Shown here piece after piece: positions 13,971 to 26,885 of a stretch of DNA of 64,000 bases. The notes under the pieces are model-generated. The model was not told the DNA's origin and did no database searches. It worked only from the letters and a program-made list of their open reading frames with translations. A program made the position numbers and the translations under genes. The stretch lies in the NCBI RefSeq assembly GCF_009914755.1, contig NC_060947.1. One strand, written 5' to 3'. How positions within the stretch are numbered: the first letter of the stretch is position 1; every line of letters starts with the position of its first letter. This stretch comes from the human T2T-CHM13v2.0 reference genome, Homo sapiens.

Positions 13971-14978
13971 TTTCTGATGAGCACCCTTATTCTTAATATC
14001 TGATAAGAAAGCTAGGAGTTATTATATTATAAGCTGTTCTTACCACCTTGAGTTCTTCCCCAGCCATTGTTGATAAAATCCCAAACACTGCAAAAAAATA
14101 AAAATCTACAGAAGAGAGAAAAAATTCCAGGGCCAGTTTCAAAGGAGGCTCAATACACGGCAGGTTCCATCTATTTATATTGCTTAGAATCAGAAATGTC
14201 AAAAGTGAGTGAAAAGAACCCTTTGAAGAAACTTGATGCTTTCTGTTTGAAAATTTTTAACACACACACGTGCATGTGCACGATGCCAAAGAGCCTTGAT
14301 ATTCCAAACTTTATGTCTAAATATTTATGACCATCAACAAATTACTAAAATATGTACAAAGCCTTAGGGGAAAAAATCCATCATCCAAATGATTAGAGCA
14401 TTAGGATATGTGACTACAGACATATGACAAATACAGCAAACACCATGGTATTCCTTCTTATGCCCAAATCCAGATCTGATGACCCTGGTTTTTATACATC
14501 TGTAAATTCACACGAATTGCATTTCCAATTTATTCTAGTTTTTAGCTCTATTTGATGAGTTAGTTTTATGGGAATGCTGTTACCTTGAAACATGTCCTTT
14601 GGGTTTCACAAATACATGTGGCATTACTTGGCTCTTTAGATTAAAATCTCATTGCTGTTAAGCAGACCCTTCAAACTGCCCTGGTATTGAAGATTGCCAC
14701 ATGTTGGATTAATTTAGGGGCTATAGAAAGAAAAACATATTGGACAGGGCTCTGAGCTCTCTCATTTCATATGTGAAAGAGATCACGGTATACCTTTTAG
14801 TTCTTCCCATGGCACCTAGCACAGTTCATTCAACAGAATAGGTGGACATTCAAGATTTTGAGGCTGTTGAGTAATACAAAGTGAAGTGCCCTGTAACTCC
14901 AGGATAATTTACACATATTTAAGATGTGATATATAATATTATTGCCAAAGCACTTAATTTTATTGCTTAAAAATTAAA

Positions 14979-15000
14979 ACACACACACACACACACACAC
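14979..15000. repeat. (AC)n microsatellite
   Basis: Read directly; about 11 units. Confidence 0.95.
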
Positions 15001-16809
15001 AAAAACCTCTTATTTCCAGACACAAAAGGGAGAGTGATGAAAAGTCTTTTACTTACAGTAATTTTTTGATCTCTTCTGGTTATTGCTTATTTTTTCACTA
15101 CTCATATTAATCTTCTTTTATTGATGCTCAACTACAAATCATATCTCTGTGTTTATTATGGCTTATTCATAACTCTGAATGAAACATTGTTTGATAAGTG
15201 AGCATGAATCACTAGCCTCTTTTATCTAAATCTATCCCTCTACATATTTCTAGTGTCCATTAGCCTATCAGACATCGGTACCAAGCCAAATATATTAAAT
15301 ATATGGTCCTTTCCTGTTAGAGATAGAAATGACACTTCAGCATAAAGTTTGAGAGCCCTCAAATCACATTTTACTGCCATTTTAAAAATATACTTACTAC
15401 ATTATGTTAAATTTAACCCTCAGAATACAACTACCTGTCTTTAATTGAGGCCTTTAAAGAAACTCGCTTCATTGTTACAAGTCTCAGCTTTTTTCACTTC
15501 CAGCTACAATAGTAAGTTAATATAATGGAAAGTTACTAACACACAATATTTTTTTTAGCACAGCCCTGTCATATTATAATAAGATTTTACTTTTAGATCT
15601 TTGAGCAATTTAACACAGTATGAATTTCATTATCTTAAGAGAACTATTGACCAAAAAAAGGTGGGGAGAAGGAAGAAAAAAAGCGTACTACAAACAGGAG
15701 GCTAATGACCTTATGTGAAAAGAAACTTTGCAAATGCTTTTCCTCTAAAATGAAACTGGTCAAAGGCCAGACTGATTGTTGAGGGAAGAATGCTGCCATG
15801 GTTAGAAGGAAGTGAGTTAATTGACCTGCTAGGTTATTTCCTAATATGATAGCCTTGAGTTTGTCATTCAATTCTTACTAATGTATCCACAGACAAATGG
15901 ACTGTGATATTTACATGTACACAGTACAGGGAAACATGTAACTATCTGAGCCATGGGTCTCTTAACAAAAGATTAATGTTGACATTGACACATGGGAAGG
16001 TTTTTTTTTTTTTTTTACTCAGAAGACAATGTGTACTCACTTGGCATGTGCAGGTTCAAAGCTGCTAGACAAGGAAATACTCAGAAAGCAATCTGGTGAG
16101 GTGACAAACTTCAGTCTCCAATGCTCTGTGAATTTCCAGTCCACCCCACTTCCATCTGCTAAAAGTATAGCAGCCCCAGCTATGGCCCCGCACTCCGCAT
16201 TGAGAGCAGATGTTCTCTCTGGAAATAGGTTTCTCTTTTAAAGATGAACCATCAGACTCCATTATAATCTATTCTCCTGTCATTTGCTTTGTTATACTTT
16301 TTGTGCCAACAGATTGTGAGGCAGCAAACATTTTAAGTGAAGCTCTGTAAAATTGCTAATATCCAGCAATAACTATCAATGCTCAACTGTCACATGATAA
16401 CTAGATGTGGATGTAAAGTTGGCTAACATTTGCTAAGTGGCAAATAATTATTTGATATTCATTTTAACAAATGTGGTCAAGAATGAACTCATTATTAGGA
16501 TAGATATGAAATACAGTTTGTGTGTAATTCTATTATATACCACCTTTCTAAAGGGAAAATTGTAAAGGATGAGTGACAAGGATACTTTTTAATATTCTAG
16601 TCAATTGGCCTGTGAGATTGGTGACAGTGCGATTGAGTTTCTACTTTCACACCCACAGGCATGTGCACACATACATGCACACAAATACAGAGAGTGAGAG
16701 CACAGAAAAAATAAGTAGTTCTCCTAATTTTTTTTTCAATATTGACTTTTCCCTCCTTTAGAGACTGTATCTAGAAAAATTTGCTTTGTGTGCTAGGAAT
16801 CTAAAGTAG

Positions 16810-16930
16810 TAAAAAGTTAGATAACTTGCCCAAGGTCACTCAACTGGAAACAGGGAGTAGACTGGATTTGAACTCTGGTCTGTATAAGTCTAAAGATGAC
16901 AACTTCAGCCACCATACCATACTGCCTCTT
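16810..16930 (-). mobile_element. MIR fragment
   Basis: AAGTTAGATAACTTGCCCAAGGTCAC...GGATTTGAACTCTGGTCTG. Confidence 0.75.
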
Positions 16931-16966
16931 CACCCAGGGAGAGAGTGTCATTTTTGAAATGTCCTA

Positions 16967-17270
<304 letters not shown>

Positions 17271-17544
17271 AAAATTGCTATTATAAAAGCAGCCTTTAGT
17301 ACCATCACAAACCTAGCTGACCTTTAGAGACGTCAGGTCAGCAATAAAATCAGAAATGGAACAGCTAATTTAGTTGGCCTTTCAAAGCTCTCACAGCAAA
17401 ATACCCAGCTCCTACAGTGTGAACACACTACCAAAGATCAAGAAATGAGTCTTTTGGTTTGAAAGTAAGTGAAAAAGAGAGCTGGGCATGGGGAGGTTAC
17501 AACGTTGTTATTCTGTATGCAGGACTCTGTGTTCATGTATTTGG

Positions 17545-18260
17545 GTAATGTATTACTAAGGTGGTTAAGGACATGGGACGTGGAGCCTGACAGTTGTTTC
17601 ATGTATAAAATGGAAATCATAATGTTATCTATTTTGGGGGGTTGTTAGGAAGTTGAAATGAAAGAAAACATGTCAAACTCTTAATATAAGGACTGAAACA
17701 TAGTAAGCACTCATAGATGTTAGCTACTGCTATTTTTGTTGTTTTACAGTGATTAATTTTTTTGCCTTTCTCCCCAAATAGTCCATGAGCCCCTTAAGTG
17801 CAAAGACTCATATTCCTCTTTGAAAAGCAGTAGAATACAACTGTTAAAAGCCGTTTCTAGAACTGTAATACCTAGGTTCAAGCCTGGCTCTGCTATTTAC
17901 TGCCAGTGAGATCTTTATCTCTCTGTATCTGTTTCCTCATCGATAAAATGGGGCTAATGTTAGAATCAATCTTATAAATGGGCTATAAAGATGAGAGTAT
18001 AAGTCCTACAAGGACAAAATTTTTGTCTGTTCTGCTCAACAATGTAACCCCAGTGCCCAGACCATACCTAGCACACAATAAGTGCTCAATACCAATTTGC
18101 TGAATAGTTACACATAAGGCATTTAAAATAGACCTGGGTACTCAAATAGGAAAAGGTTAGCTATTATTATCACATGTACCATCAGAGCCTAGTACAGTTC
18201 TTAGCACAGGTTAGGCCCTCAAAAAATGTTTGCAGAGTGAACAAATGAGTAAATGTCCCT
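17545..18260. mobile_element. Cluster of MIR and L2 3'-end fragments
   Basis: TGTTTCCTCATCGATAAAATGGGG (MIR) and CCCAGTGCCCAGACCATACCTAGCACACAATAAGTGCTCAATA (L2 tail). Confidence 0.7.
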
Positions 18261-18376
18261 CTAGTCTGAGCTAGCTAGCCATTGCTCATCAAAAACTATG
18301 AAGTAAGTGAAGTCTGATCTTTCATGCCCATGGCTTCCCTTACCTGCATCACATACTGTGTAAATGCTTTTAGTAG

Positions 18377-18709
18377 TTTTTTGTTTTGTTTTGTTTTTTG
18401 TTTTTTGTTTTTTTTTTTTTTTTTTTTGAGACGGAGTCTCTCTCTGTCCCCTAGACTGGAGTGCAGTTGCGCAATCTTGGCTCACTGCAAGCTCCGCCTC
18501 CCGGGTTCACGCCATTATCCTGCCTCAGCCTCCTGAGTAGCTGGGACTACAGGCACCCGCCACCACGCCCGGCTAATTTTTTTGTATTTTTAGTAGAGAC
18601 GGGGTTTCACCGTGTTAGCCAGGATGGTCTCGATCTCCTGACCTCGTGATCCACCCACCTCAGCCTCCCAAAGTACTGGGATTACAGGCGTGAGCCTCCG
18701 TGCCCAGCC
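18377..18709 (-). mobile_element. AluY element with (GTTTT)n/T tail
   Basis: Diagnostic GCAAGCTCCGCCTCCCGGGTTCACGCCATT and GTTAGCCAGGATGGTCTCGATCTCC. Confidence 0.95.
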
Positions 18710-18830
18710 TTAGTATTTTTTTAAAAAATTATGGGGATCAAATGAAATAGAATATCAAATGTGTAGGAGATCTTGCAGATCCACCATTTAAGTCCTCCAT
18801 TTTGCTCATTTATTCTACATTCATTCAATA

Positions 18831-21800
18831 TTTTTTAATTTTATTTTTAAAATTTTATATTTTTAACTTTTGCGAGTACATAGTAGGTATGTATATTTAT
18901 GGGTTACATGAGATGTTTTGATACAGGCATACAATGTAAAATAATCACATCATGGAGAATGGGGTATTCATCTCCTCAAGTATTTATCTTTTGTGTTACA
19001 AACAATCGAATTACACTCTTTATTTTAAAGTATACAATTAAGTTATTATTGGCTATAGTCACCTTGTTGTGCTATCAAAATAGCAGGTCTTATTCATTTT
19101 TTCTAACTATTTTTTTCTACCCATTAATCATCCCCACTTCCCACCCACTTCCCACTATTCTTCCCAGCCTCTGGTAACCATCCTTCTGCTCTCTACCTCC
19201 ATGAGTTTAATTGTTTTGATTTTCGGATCCCACAAATCAGTGAAAATATGCAATTTTTGTCTTTCTGTGCCTGGCTTATTTCACTTAACTCAGTGATCTC
19301 CAGTTCCATCCATGTTGCTGCAAATGACTGGATCTCATTCTTTTTATGGCTGAATAGTACTCAATTGTGTATATGTACCACATTTTCTTTATCCATCCAT
19401 CTGTTGATAGACATTTATGTTGCTTACAAATCTTAGGTATCGCAAACAATGCTGCAACAAACACAGGAGTGCAGATATCTCTTTGATATAGTTATTTCAT
19501 TTGGGGTATATATCCGGCAGTGGGATTGCTGGATCACATGATACCTCTATTTTTAATTTTTCAAGGAACTTCCTCCAAATTGTTCTCCATAGTAGTTGTA
19601 CTAATTTACATTGTCACCAGTAGTGTACAAGTGTTCCCTTTTCTCCACCTTCTCAACAGCATCTGTTATTGCCTATCTTTTGGATATAAGCCATTTTAAC
19701 TGGAGTGAGATGGTAGCTCATTCTAGTTTTGATTTGCATTTCTCTAATGATCAATTATGTTGAACACCTTTTCATGTCTATTTGCCATTTGTAGGTCTTC
19801 TTTTGAGAAATGTCTATTCAAATCATTTGCCCAATTTTTCATTGGATTATTAGACTTTTTTCCTATAGAGTTGTCTGAGCTCCTTATATTTTCTGGTTAC
19901 TAATCCCTTATCAGAGGGATAGTTTGCAAGTATTTTCTCCCATTCTGTGGGTTTTCTCTTCACTTTGTTGATTGTTTCCTTTACTGTACAGAAGCTTTTT
20001 AACTCCATGTGATCCCATTTGTGCATTTTGGGGTTGGTTTCCTGTACTTGTGGGGCATTGCTCAAGAAATCTTTGCCCAGACCAATATCCTAGAGATTTT
20101 CCCCAGTGTTTTCATATAGTAGTTTCATAGTTTGAGGTCTCAGATTTAAGTGTTTAACCCATTTTGATTTGATTTTTGTATATAGCAAGACATAGGGGTC
20201 AAGTTTCATTCTTCTGTATATGGACATCCAGTTTTTCCAGCGCCATTTATGGAAAGGACTGTCTTCCCCAGTGCATATTCTTGGCACCTTTGTCGAAAAT
20301 GAGTTCACTGCAAGTGTGTGGATTTGTGTCTCCGTTCTGTATTCTGTTCCTTTCATCTATGTGTCTGTTTTTATGCCAGTACCATGCTGTTTTGGTGACT
20401 GTAGCTCTGTAGTATAATTTGAAGTCAGGTAATGTGATTCCTCCAGGTTTGTTCTTTTTGCTCAGGATAGCTTTGGCTATTCTGGGTCTTTTGTGGTTCC
20501 ATATAAATTCATATACATTTTAGGAATTTTTTTTTCTGTTTCTGTGAAGAATGTCGTTGGTATTTTGATAAGGATTGCATTGAATCTGTAGCTTGCTTTG
20601 GGTAGTATGGACATTTTAACAATATTGATTCTTCCAATCCATGAACACGAAATATTTTTCCATCCTTTGGTGCCCTCTTCAATTTCCTTCATCAGTGTTT
20701 TATAGTTTTTATTTAGAGATCTTTCACTTCTTTGTTTAATTCCTAGGTATTTAATTTTATGTGTGGCTATACTAAATGGGATTACTTTTCATTTCTCTTT
20801 CACATTGCTCACTGTTGGCATATAGAAATGCTATTGATTTTTGTATGTTGATTTTGTATCCCAAAACTTTACTGAATTTGCTTATCACTTCTATGACTTT
20901 TCTTGTGGAGTCTTTAGATTTTTCCAAGTATAAGATCATATCATCTGCAAACAAGAATAATTTGACTTCTTCTTTTCCAATTTGGATGCCCTTTATTTCT
21001 TTCTCGTTTGATTGCTTTAGCTAGGGCTTCCAGTACTATGATAAATAACAGTGATGACAATAGGCATCCTGGTCATGTTCCAGATCTTTCTGTTCTTCCC
21101 CATTCAGTATAATACTAGCTGTGGATCTGTAGCATATGGCTTTTTATTATGTTGAGGTGTGTTCCTTCTATACCCAGTTTTTCTGGGATTTTATCATAAG
21201 AGCATGCTGAATTTTATCAAATGCTTTTTCAGCATCAGTTAAAATGATCATATGGTTTTTTCTTTCATTCTGTTAATATGATGAATCAAACTGATTGATT
21301 TGTGTATGTTCAACCATACTTGCATCCCAGAGATAAATCCCACTTGGTCATGATGAATGATCTTTCTAGTGTAGTGTTAAATTTGGTTTGCTAGTATTTT
21401 GTTGAGGAAGCTTGCATCAATACATCGATATATTAGACTACAGTTTTCTTTTTTTGATGTGTCTTTGTCTAGTTTTGGTATCTGGGTACTACTAGCCTCA
21501 TAGAATGAGTTTGGAAGTATTCCATCCTCTATTTTTGAAATAGTTTGCTTAGAATTGGTAGAAGTTCTTGTTTAAATGTTCTTAGAATTCAGCAGCTAAG
21601 CCTTCAGGTCCCAGGCTTTTCTTTACTGGGAAACTTTTTATTACAGTTTTGATCTTGTTACTTCTTATTGGTCTGTTCAGCTTTTGGATTTCTTCCTGGT
21701 TCAATCATACTACGTTGTATGTGTCTAGGAATTTGTCCATTTCGTTTAGATTTTCCAATTTATTGGTATACAGTTATTCATAGTGGTCATTAATGGTCCT

Positions 21801-22893
21801 TGGAATTTCTGCAGTATCATTTGTAATGTCTCCTTTTTCATTTCTGATTTTATTTATTTGGGTCTACGCTCTTTTCTTCTGTTAGTCTAGCTAAAGGTTT
21901 GTCAATATTGTTTAACTTTCAAGAAATGAACCTTTCGTTTCATTGATCTTTTGTACTTTTTCATTTCAATTTCATTTATTTCTTCTATTTTATTTATTAT
22001 TTCATTTATTCTACTAATTGTGGGTTTGGTTTACTCTTGGTTTTCTAGTTCTTTAAGATGCATTGTTAGGTTATTTGAAAATTTCTTCTTTTTGGATGTA
22101 CACACTGACAGTTATAATCTCTCTTAGTACTGCTTTTGCTGTATCCCACAGGTTCTGGTATGTTGTGTTTCCATTATCAATTCTTTCAAGAAATTTCTTC
22201 ATTGACCCACTGATCATTCAGGAGCATATTGTTTAATTTCCATGTATTTGTATGCCATACCCTCCACCCCAGGTAGTAAGTGCTCTAACTAGAGACATTT
22301 CAGTATCACACATTGCTATAATCACAGGCCCAAATCATGACTAGTTCCACACCAATGTCCCCTTTAAATATTATACCTCTTATTTTAGGAAGTCAAACTT
22401 GCTATTTGCCAATGATATGATCGTATACCTAGAAAACCCTAAAGACTACTCCAAAAGACTCCTAGAATTGGTAAATGAATTCAATAAAGTCTCAAGTTAC
22501 AGAATCAATGTATACAAACCAGTAGCACTGCTATACACGAACAAAGACCAAGCTAAGAATCAAATCCAGAACTCAATCCCTTTTACAATAGCCTCACAAT
22601 TGCTGTGTTCTTCCTGCCCCAGTGCCCAGAGTTGCTCTCTGTACCATGCTGATGCAGCAGGGCCTGGGGGAGGGATGGCATTCCTGATTCAAGACTGTTT
22701 TCCCTTTCTCTTTAATGCGCTTTCAATAATACAAAGTCAAAACCAGGTACTATGAGTGCTCACCTGTTTTTTTGGCTCTTAAGAAGCTGCTTTTTCTGTG
22801 TAGATACTTGTTGAGTAGGTGTCCTTGCTGGGGTGGAAGATAATCAGTGGAGCCTTCTATTCCACCATCTTGCTCCACCTCCCGCAGAAAGTC
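18831..22893 (-). mobile_element. L1MA1-3-like LINE-1 retaining both termini, with a large internal deletion
   Basis: 3' UTR at 18831, ORF2 fragments up to 22253, and a 5' end at 22593-22883 (reverse complement GGGAGGTGGAGCAAGATGGTGGAATAGAAGGCTCC). The TSD TCATTCAATA occurs at 18821-18830 and 22894-22903. Confidence 0.9.
22254..22592 (+). repeat. Inverted duplicate, copy A (339 bp; inserted copy)
   Basis: Reverse complement of 25924-26262, with 9 mismatches and no gaps by manual alignment. Confidence 0.95.
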
Positions 22894-23104
22894 TCATTCA
22901 ATAACTTTTTTTTTATTGAGCACCTACTATAGAATTGACTTGACCCTATGATTAGTAGCAGGGCCTACAATGGTGAGCAAAATAGTTATGATCTGCCCTC
23001 ATAGAGCTATGGATCTTACAGTCTAGTGATTTCTTTGTAATTCATTTTCCTCATCTGTAAAATTAGGAAGTTGAATGATTTCTAAGGTGCCTACCAGTTG
23101 AGAG

Positions 23105-23385
23105 ACAAAATATAGCATGCTGCTTAAAATCATGGGTTTTCAAATCAGGCTGCCTGTATTTGAATCCTGCTTCTTATACTTGCTAGCCATTTGAACCTCA
23201 TCAAGTAAAGGGTCTCCACGCCTCAGCTTCCTCGTCTGCAAAGTGGGAATAATAATAGTAACTATCTTACTATCATGTTAGGTGGACTAAATGAGAAAAA
23301 ATATATATATATATATATATATTCCACTTTGATAATGCCTGGTGCATACTAAATGCCCAACAAATGGTGGTTAATACTATTCAAG
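23105..23385 (+). mobile_element. MIR SINE containing a (TA)n run at about 23301-23322
   Basis: TTTGAATCCTGCTTC...CCTCAGCTTCCTCGTCTGCAAAGTGGGAATAATAATAG. Confidence 0.8.
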
Positions 23386-25639
23386 TTCTGTCACTCTATG
23401 ATATACAATCTCTAAGTCCCCTTATGGGAAGTTGCTCCTTATAAAGCCCCACCTTGACTACAGAGGTTGGGTAGGGCCAACCTGCATATCGCACCTATTT
23501 TTCTGAAATTTCTTTGAATTCCACCTCGTTTTAACTGAGTTGTCAGATTTAAAAAATGGAAGGACTTGGCCCTTGCTAAGATTTCTTACCTGAAGCACAT
23601 TGCCAGGAAGCATCAGCACTCCCAGTCACCACTAAGTGGCAAACCAGGAGTGTGTGTGTGTTTTTCCTCGAAGTTCCAAATGTGTAGTTCTCTTTCTTAC
23701 GCAGTCCTGGGAAAGGAAGCCTTCTTGTGCTCACTGCCTCCTCACTGAGGCTACTGTTTTGATCATGTTACTCCTTGGTTTATCAAAGCCAGCTGCAGCT
23801 TCCTCACAACGTGTTGGGAGAGATTTAAAACACCTTCAGCTGCCTTTGGAGACCTCAAGAGGGATTGGTCCAGGTCAAATATTTGATTTGCCATCTGAAA
23901 GCAAGTAAGTGAAAAACTACCATATGCTCAACTCAAGCTCCACCCAGGTGTAGGTTCTGGAGCCAGCCCAGTCCACACCACCACCATCACCAGGGTGAGT
24001 CTATGGCAAATGACGATGACCCTCCCTGATATAGCCTCATTAGAGTTCTTTGTGTCAAACTAGCTATTTTCTAAGCAAAATCATACCACCATTTGTCAGT
24101 TGGACCCCTTACTGACAACAATTACCAACTGAAAAAATGAAAACATTTGTAGATACTCCTCCTTCTTACGCACCTCCTCCAAGAACTTCTGAAGCACTCT
24201 TCCCTGTATACACACACCCACACACAAATACACACACACACTTTTTTGTTTCCAATGCAATCAAGGTCAGGGATAAGAGTGATAAAGATGGTGCGAAGAT
24301 GGTGCAAAGTTAAGCTTGACATTTATTCTATGAGGAAACACTACAGGAAACTGCAAAGAGCTTACATCTTTCAAAAAACATAGAGCTTGAACTTTAAAAA
24401 AAAAAAAAGTCAATGCATTGCAAAAAAAAAAAAAAAGTAAGTGAAAGGCAACTATTGGCAAAGCAGATTACTTTTCCCATGGATTGCAATGATAAAATAT
24501 AGCACTGAATTAGAATTTCTTCAAAAGGAAAAATCCCATGTAGAATAGATGAACTGAGCAAAAAACTTTGAGGACAAAGAAATTAGCCATAATTGGCAAC
24601 CCATAGCCTCTGGGAGGTTGTGCTCCACCAGCAGCTCAGTGTTTTCTACTTTTCCTTAATAGAATTCTCCTAATTCTAAAATGTATGACACCTCCTCTGT
24701 CTAGCCTCAGTTGTTCTTCAGTCTGTAAAACCTGGAGTTGCCTCCTATTTCTGGACCAGACTCTACTCTGGGTCTTCTGATTTCAGAGAGATCAAAACGT
24801 CAAAATTCCAAAAGACAGAGTCTAACTCAAGGGTTCTGCTTCTCTCTTTAATCTCTATGAAATACAAGCCCCAGATGTATTGATAAGTATTAAAGCTGTG
24901 TGATGGGGACATTGCATTTATCATACTATTCTGTCAATACTATATAGATTTGAAATTGTTCATAATAAAGTTCAAAAACTCAAGGCCCAAACAATTTCCA
25001 GATACTACCTAGTTTGCTTCCAGCCTTCCAACAACAGGAAGGAATTCTGAGTTTTCATCTACCAACAGATAGTACTGAACCCCACACCTGGGCATCATAC
25101 ACTTGGTGATTGGAGAGTAGACAAGAGAGGGGACTTTGCCTACAGTCCACTCATGCAGGAAGCACAGCTCCAAAAAAATGTATTGGGCTGTTCTGACCCA
25201 TTCATTTCCTTTCCCGGGGCTGATTGGAATTTCTTTTCACCTCAGTTAGCTTGGAGAAGAACAAGTATCTCCTTAATCTATACATATTTTTAAAAAGTCC
25301 ATTATTTCAAAATGCTGCAAAACAAGTTACCTTACACGGACATAGATAAAGTGAAAAGACATGGTGATGAGTTAATCTCTGTAATCAGAAGCACCTGATA
25401 TTGAAAATGGATTTAAGACACATTCTCATTTTCTGACTTTACTCTCCCACATGGCCTTTTTTATTTCTCACAATTATCTTTCCTCCTCTCCCCACTGCCT
25501 ATTCTGTTTTACTCACCAGGACCTCGAGCCTCTGCACCATTTTGCCACATATCTTCCCTCTTTCTAGTCTTTATCTTCTATTAATATTAATAACAGCATC
25601 TGTGGCTGCATTAAGGCAGTTAAGAAAATAACGGGATCA

Positions 25640-25734
25640 CTTCTTACCTACTCCATGGCCACTACCCTCATTCAAGCTACTATCTTATCTAGCATGGATT
25701 ATTGCAGCAGCCTCCTAAGTGGTCTCCCTGCCAC
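25640..25734 (+). mobile_element. L2 fragment
   Basis: CCACTACCCTCATTCAAGC...GGATTATTGCAGCAGCCTCCTAAGTGGTCTCCCTGC. Confidence 0.7.
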
Positions 25735-25737
25735 TGA

Positions 25738-26129
25738 GCGTTGAATCTGTACATTCCTTTGGCAGTATGGCCATTTTCACAATATTGATTCTTTCCATAC
25801 ATGAGTATGGGATGTGTTTCCATTTGTTTGTGTCACCTATGATTTATTTCAGCAGTGTTTTGTAGTTTTCCTTGCAGACGTCTTTCACCTCCATGGTAAA
25901 TTATATTCCTAGTTTTTTCTTCAGCTATTGTAAAAGGGATTGAGTTCTGGATTTGATTCTTAGCTTGGTCTTTGTTCGTGTATAGCAGTGCTACTGGTTT
26001 GTGTACATTGATTCTGTAACTTGAGACTTTATTGAATTCATTTACCAACTCTAGGAGTCTTTTGGAGTAGTCTTTAGGGTTTTCTAGGTATACAATCATG
26101 TCATTGGCAAATAGCCAGTTTGACTTCCT
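25738..26129 (-). mobile_element. Orphan internal L1 (L1PB-like) ORF2 fragment
   Basis: Translates [15 protein letters not shown]...NSIPFTIA. No 3' UTR or poly(A). Confidence 0.9.
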
Positions 26130-26262
26130 AAAATAAGAGGTATAACATTTAAAGGGGACATTGGTGTGGAACCAGTCATGATTTGGGCCTGTGATTATGG
26201 CATTGTGTGATACTGAAATGTCTCTAGTTAGAGCACTTACTACCTGGGGTGGAGGGTATGGC
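25924..26262 (-). repeat. Inverted duplicate, copy B (339 bp; probable donor)
   Basis: Matches 22254-22592. The L1 part continues in register beyond the duplicated boundary here. Confidence 0.95.
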
Positions 26263-26354
26263 GCTCTGCATTCTGAAAACCAGGGAATCTTTGTCTGAGG
26301 GATGCAAAAAGCCCCTGGAGTTGTAAGCAAAAGTATGTGTGTGTGCTTCTCCAA

Positions 26355-26452
26355 TGCTAAAATTTAGTAGTTGCAACAGACATCATATGGTTCACAAAGT
26401 CTACAGTATTTATTATCTGGTCTTTTGCAGAAAAAGTTTGCTGACCCTTGGC
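26355..26452 (+). mobile_element. MER58-like hAT-Charlie DNA transposon, partial
   Basis: AGTAGTTGCAACAGA...TATTTATTATCTGGTCTTTTGCAGAAAAAGTTTGCTGACCCTTG terminal motif. Confidence 0.75.
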
Positions 26453-26604
26453 ATTCAGAGTTGAATAGAATATATCAGTGCCTTTTAGGTAGTAAGGATA
26501 AGTATTGTTTGTGAAATGTTCATTTCAGTTATGAGCATGTGACACTGAATTGAGATGCAAAATGCATTTTTTAGTATGGAAAGCAGACAAAAAATTGAAA
26601 ACCA

Positions 26605-26885
26605 CTCTTGTAGTCTATGTTAAGGGATTGGATTTCATCTTAAGAGAAACCATTGTTGGATTCTAAGCTGAGTTGTGATTTAACCAGTGTTGTGTTTTAG
26701 CAAGATTCCTCTGGCTGCAGTATAAAGAATGTGATAAAGAGAGGCAAGGTGAATAAGAGGCAGATTAGGAGACTATTTCCATCATCCAGATGAAGGATGC
26801 TGAGGCCTGGGCCACTGTGGTAGCAGTGGGAATAAAGTTTATCAGACATTTTTGGAAAAGTTCCTGAGTATTGATTTAGGGGCAT
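26605..26885 (-). mobile_element. L2 fragment
   Basis: TTTTAGCAAGATTCCTCTGGCTGCAG...GTTAGGAGACT-like...GGCCTGGGCCACTGTGGTAGCAGTGG. Confidence 0.7.

Noticed and set aside
22399-26354. Two near-identical ORFs (118 aa and 173 aa) as paralogous genes
   Set aside because: They are translations of the duplicated L1 fragment plus flanks, with non-ATG starts and no gene structure.
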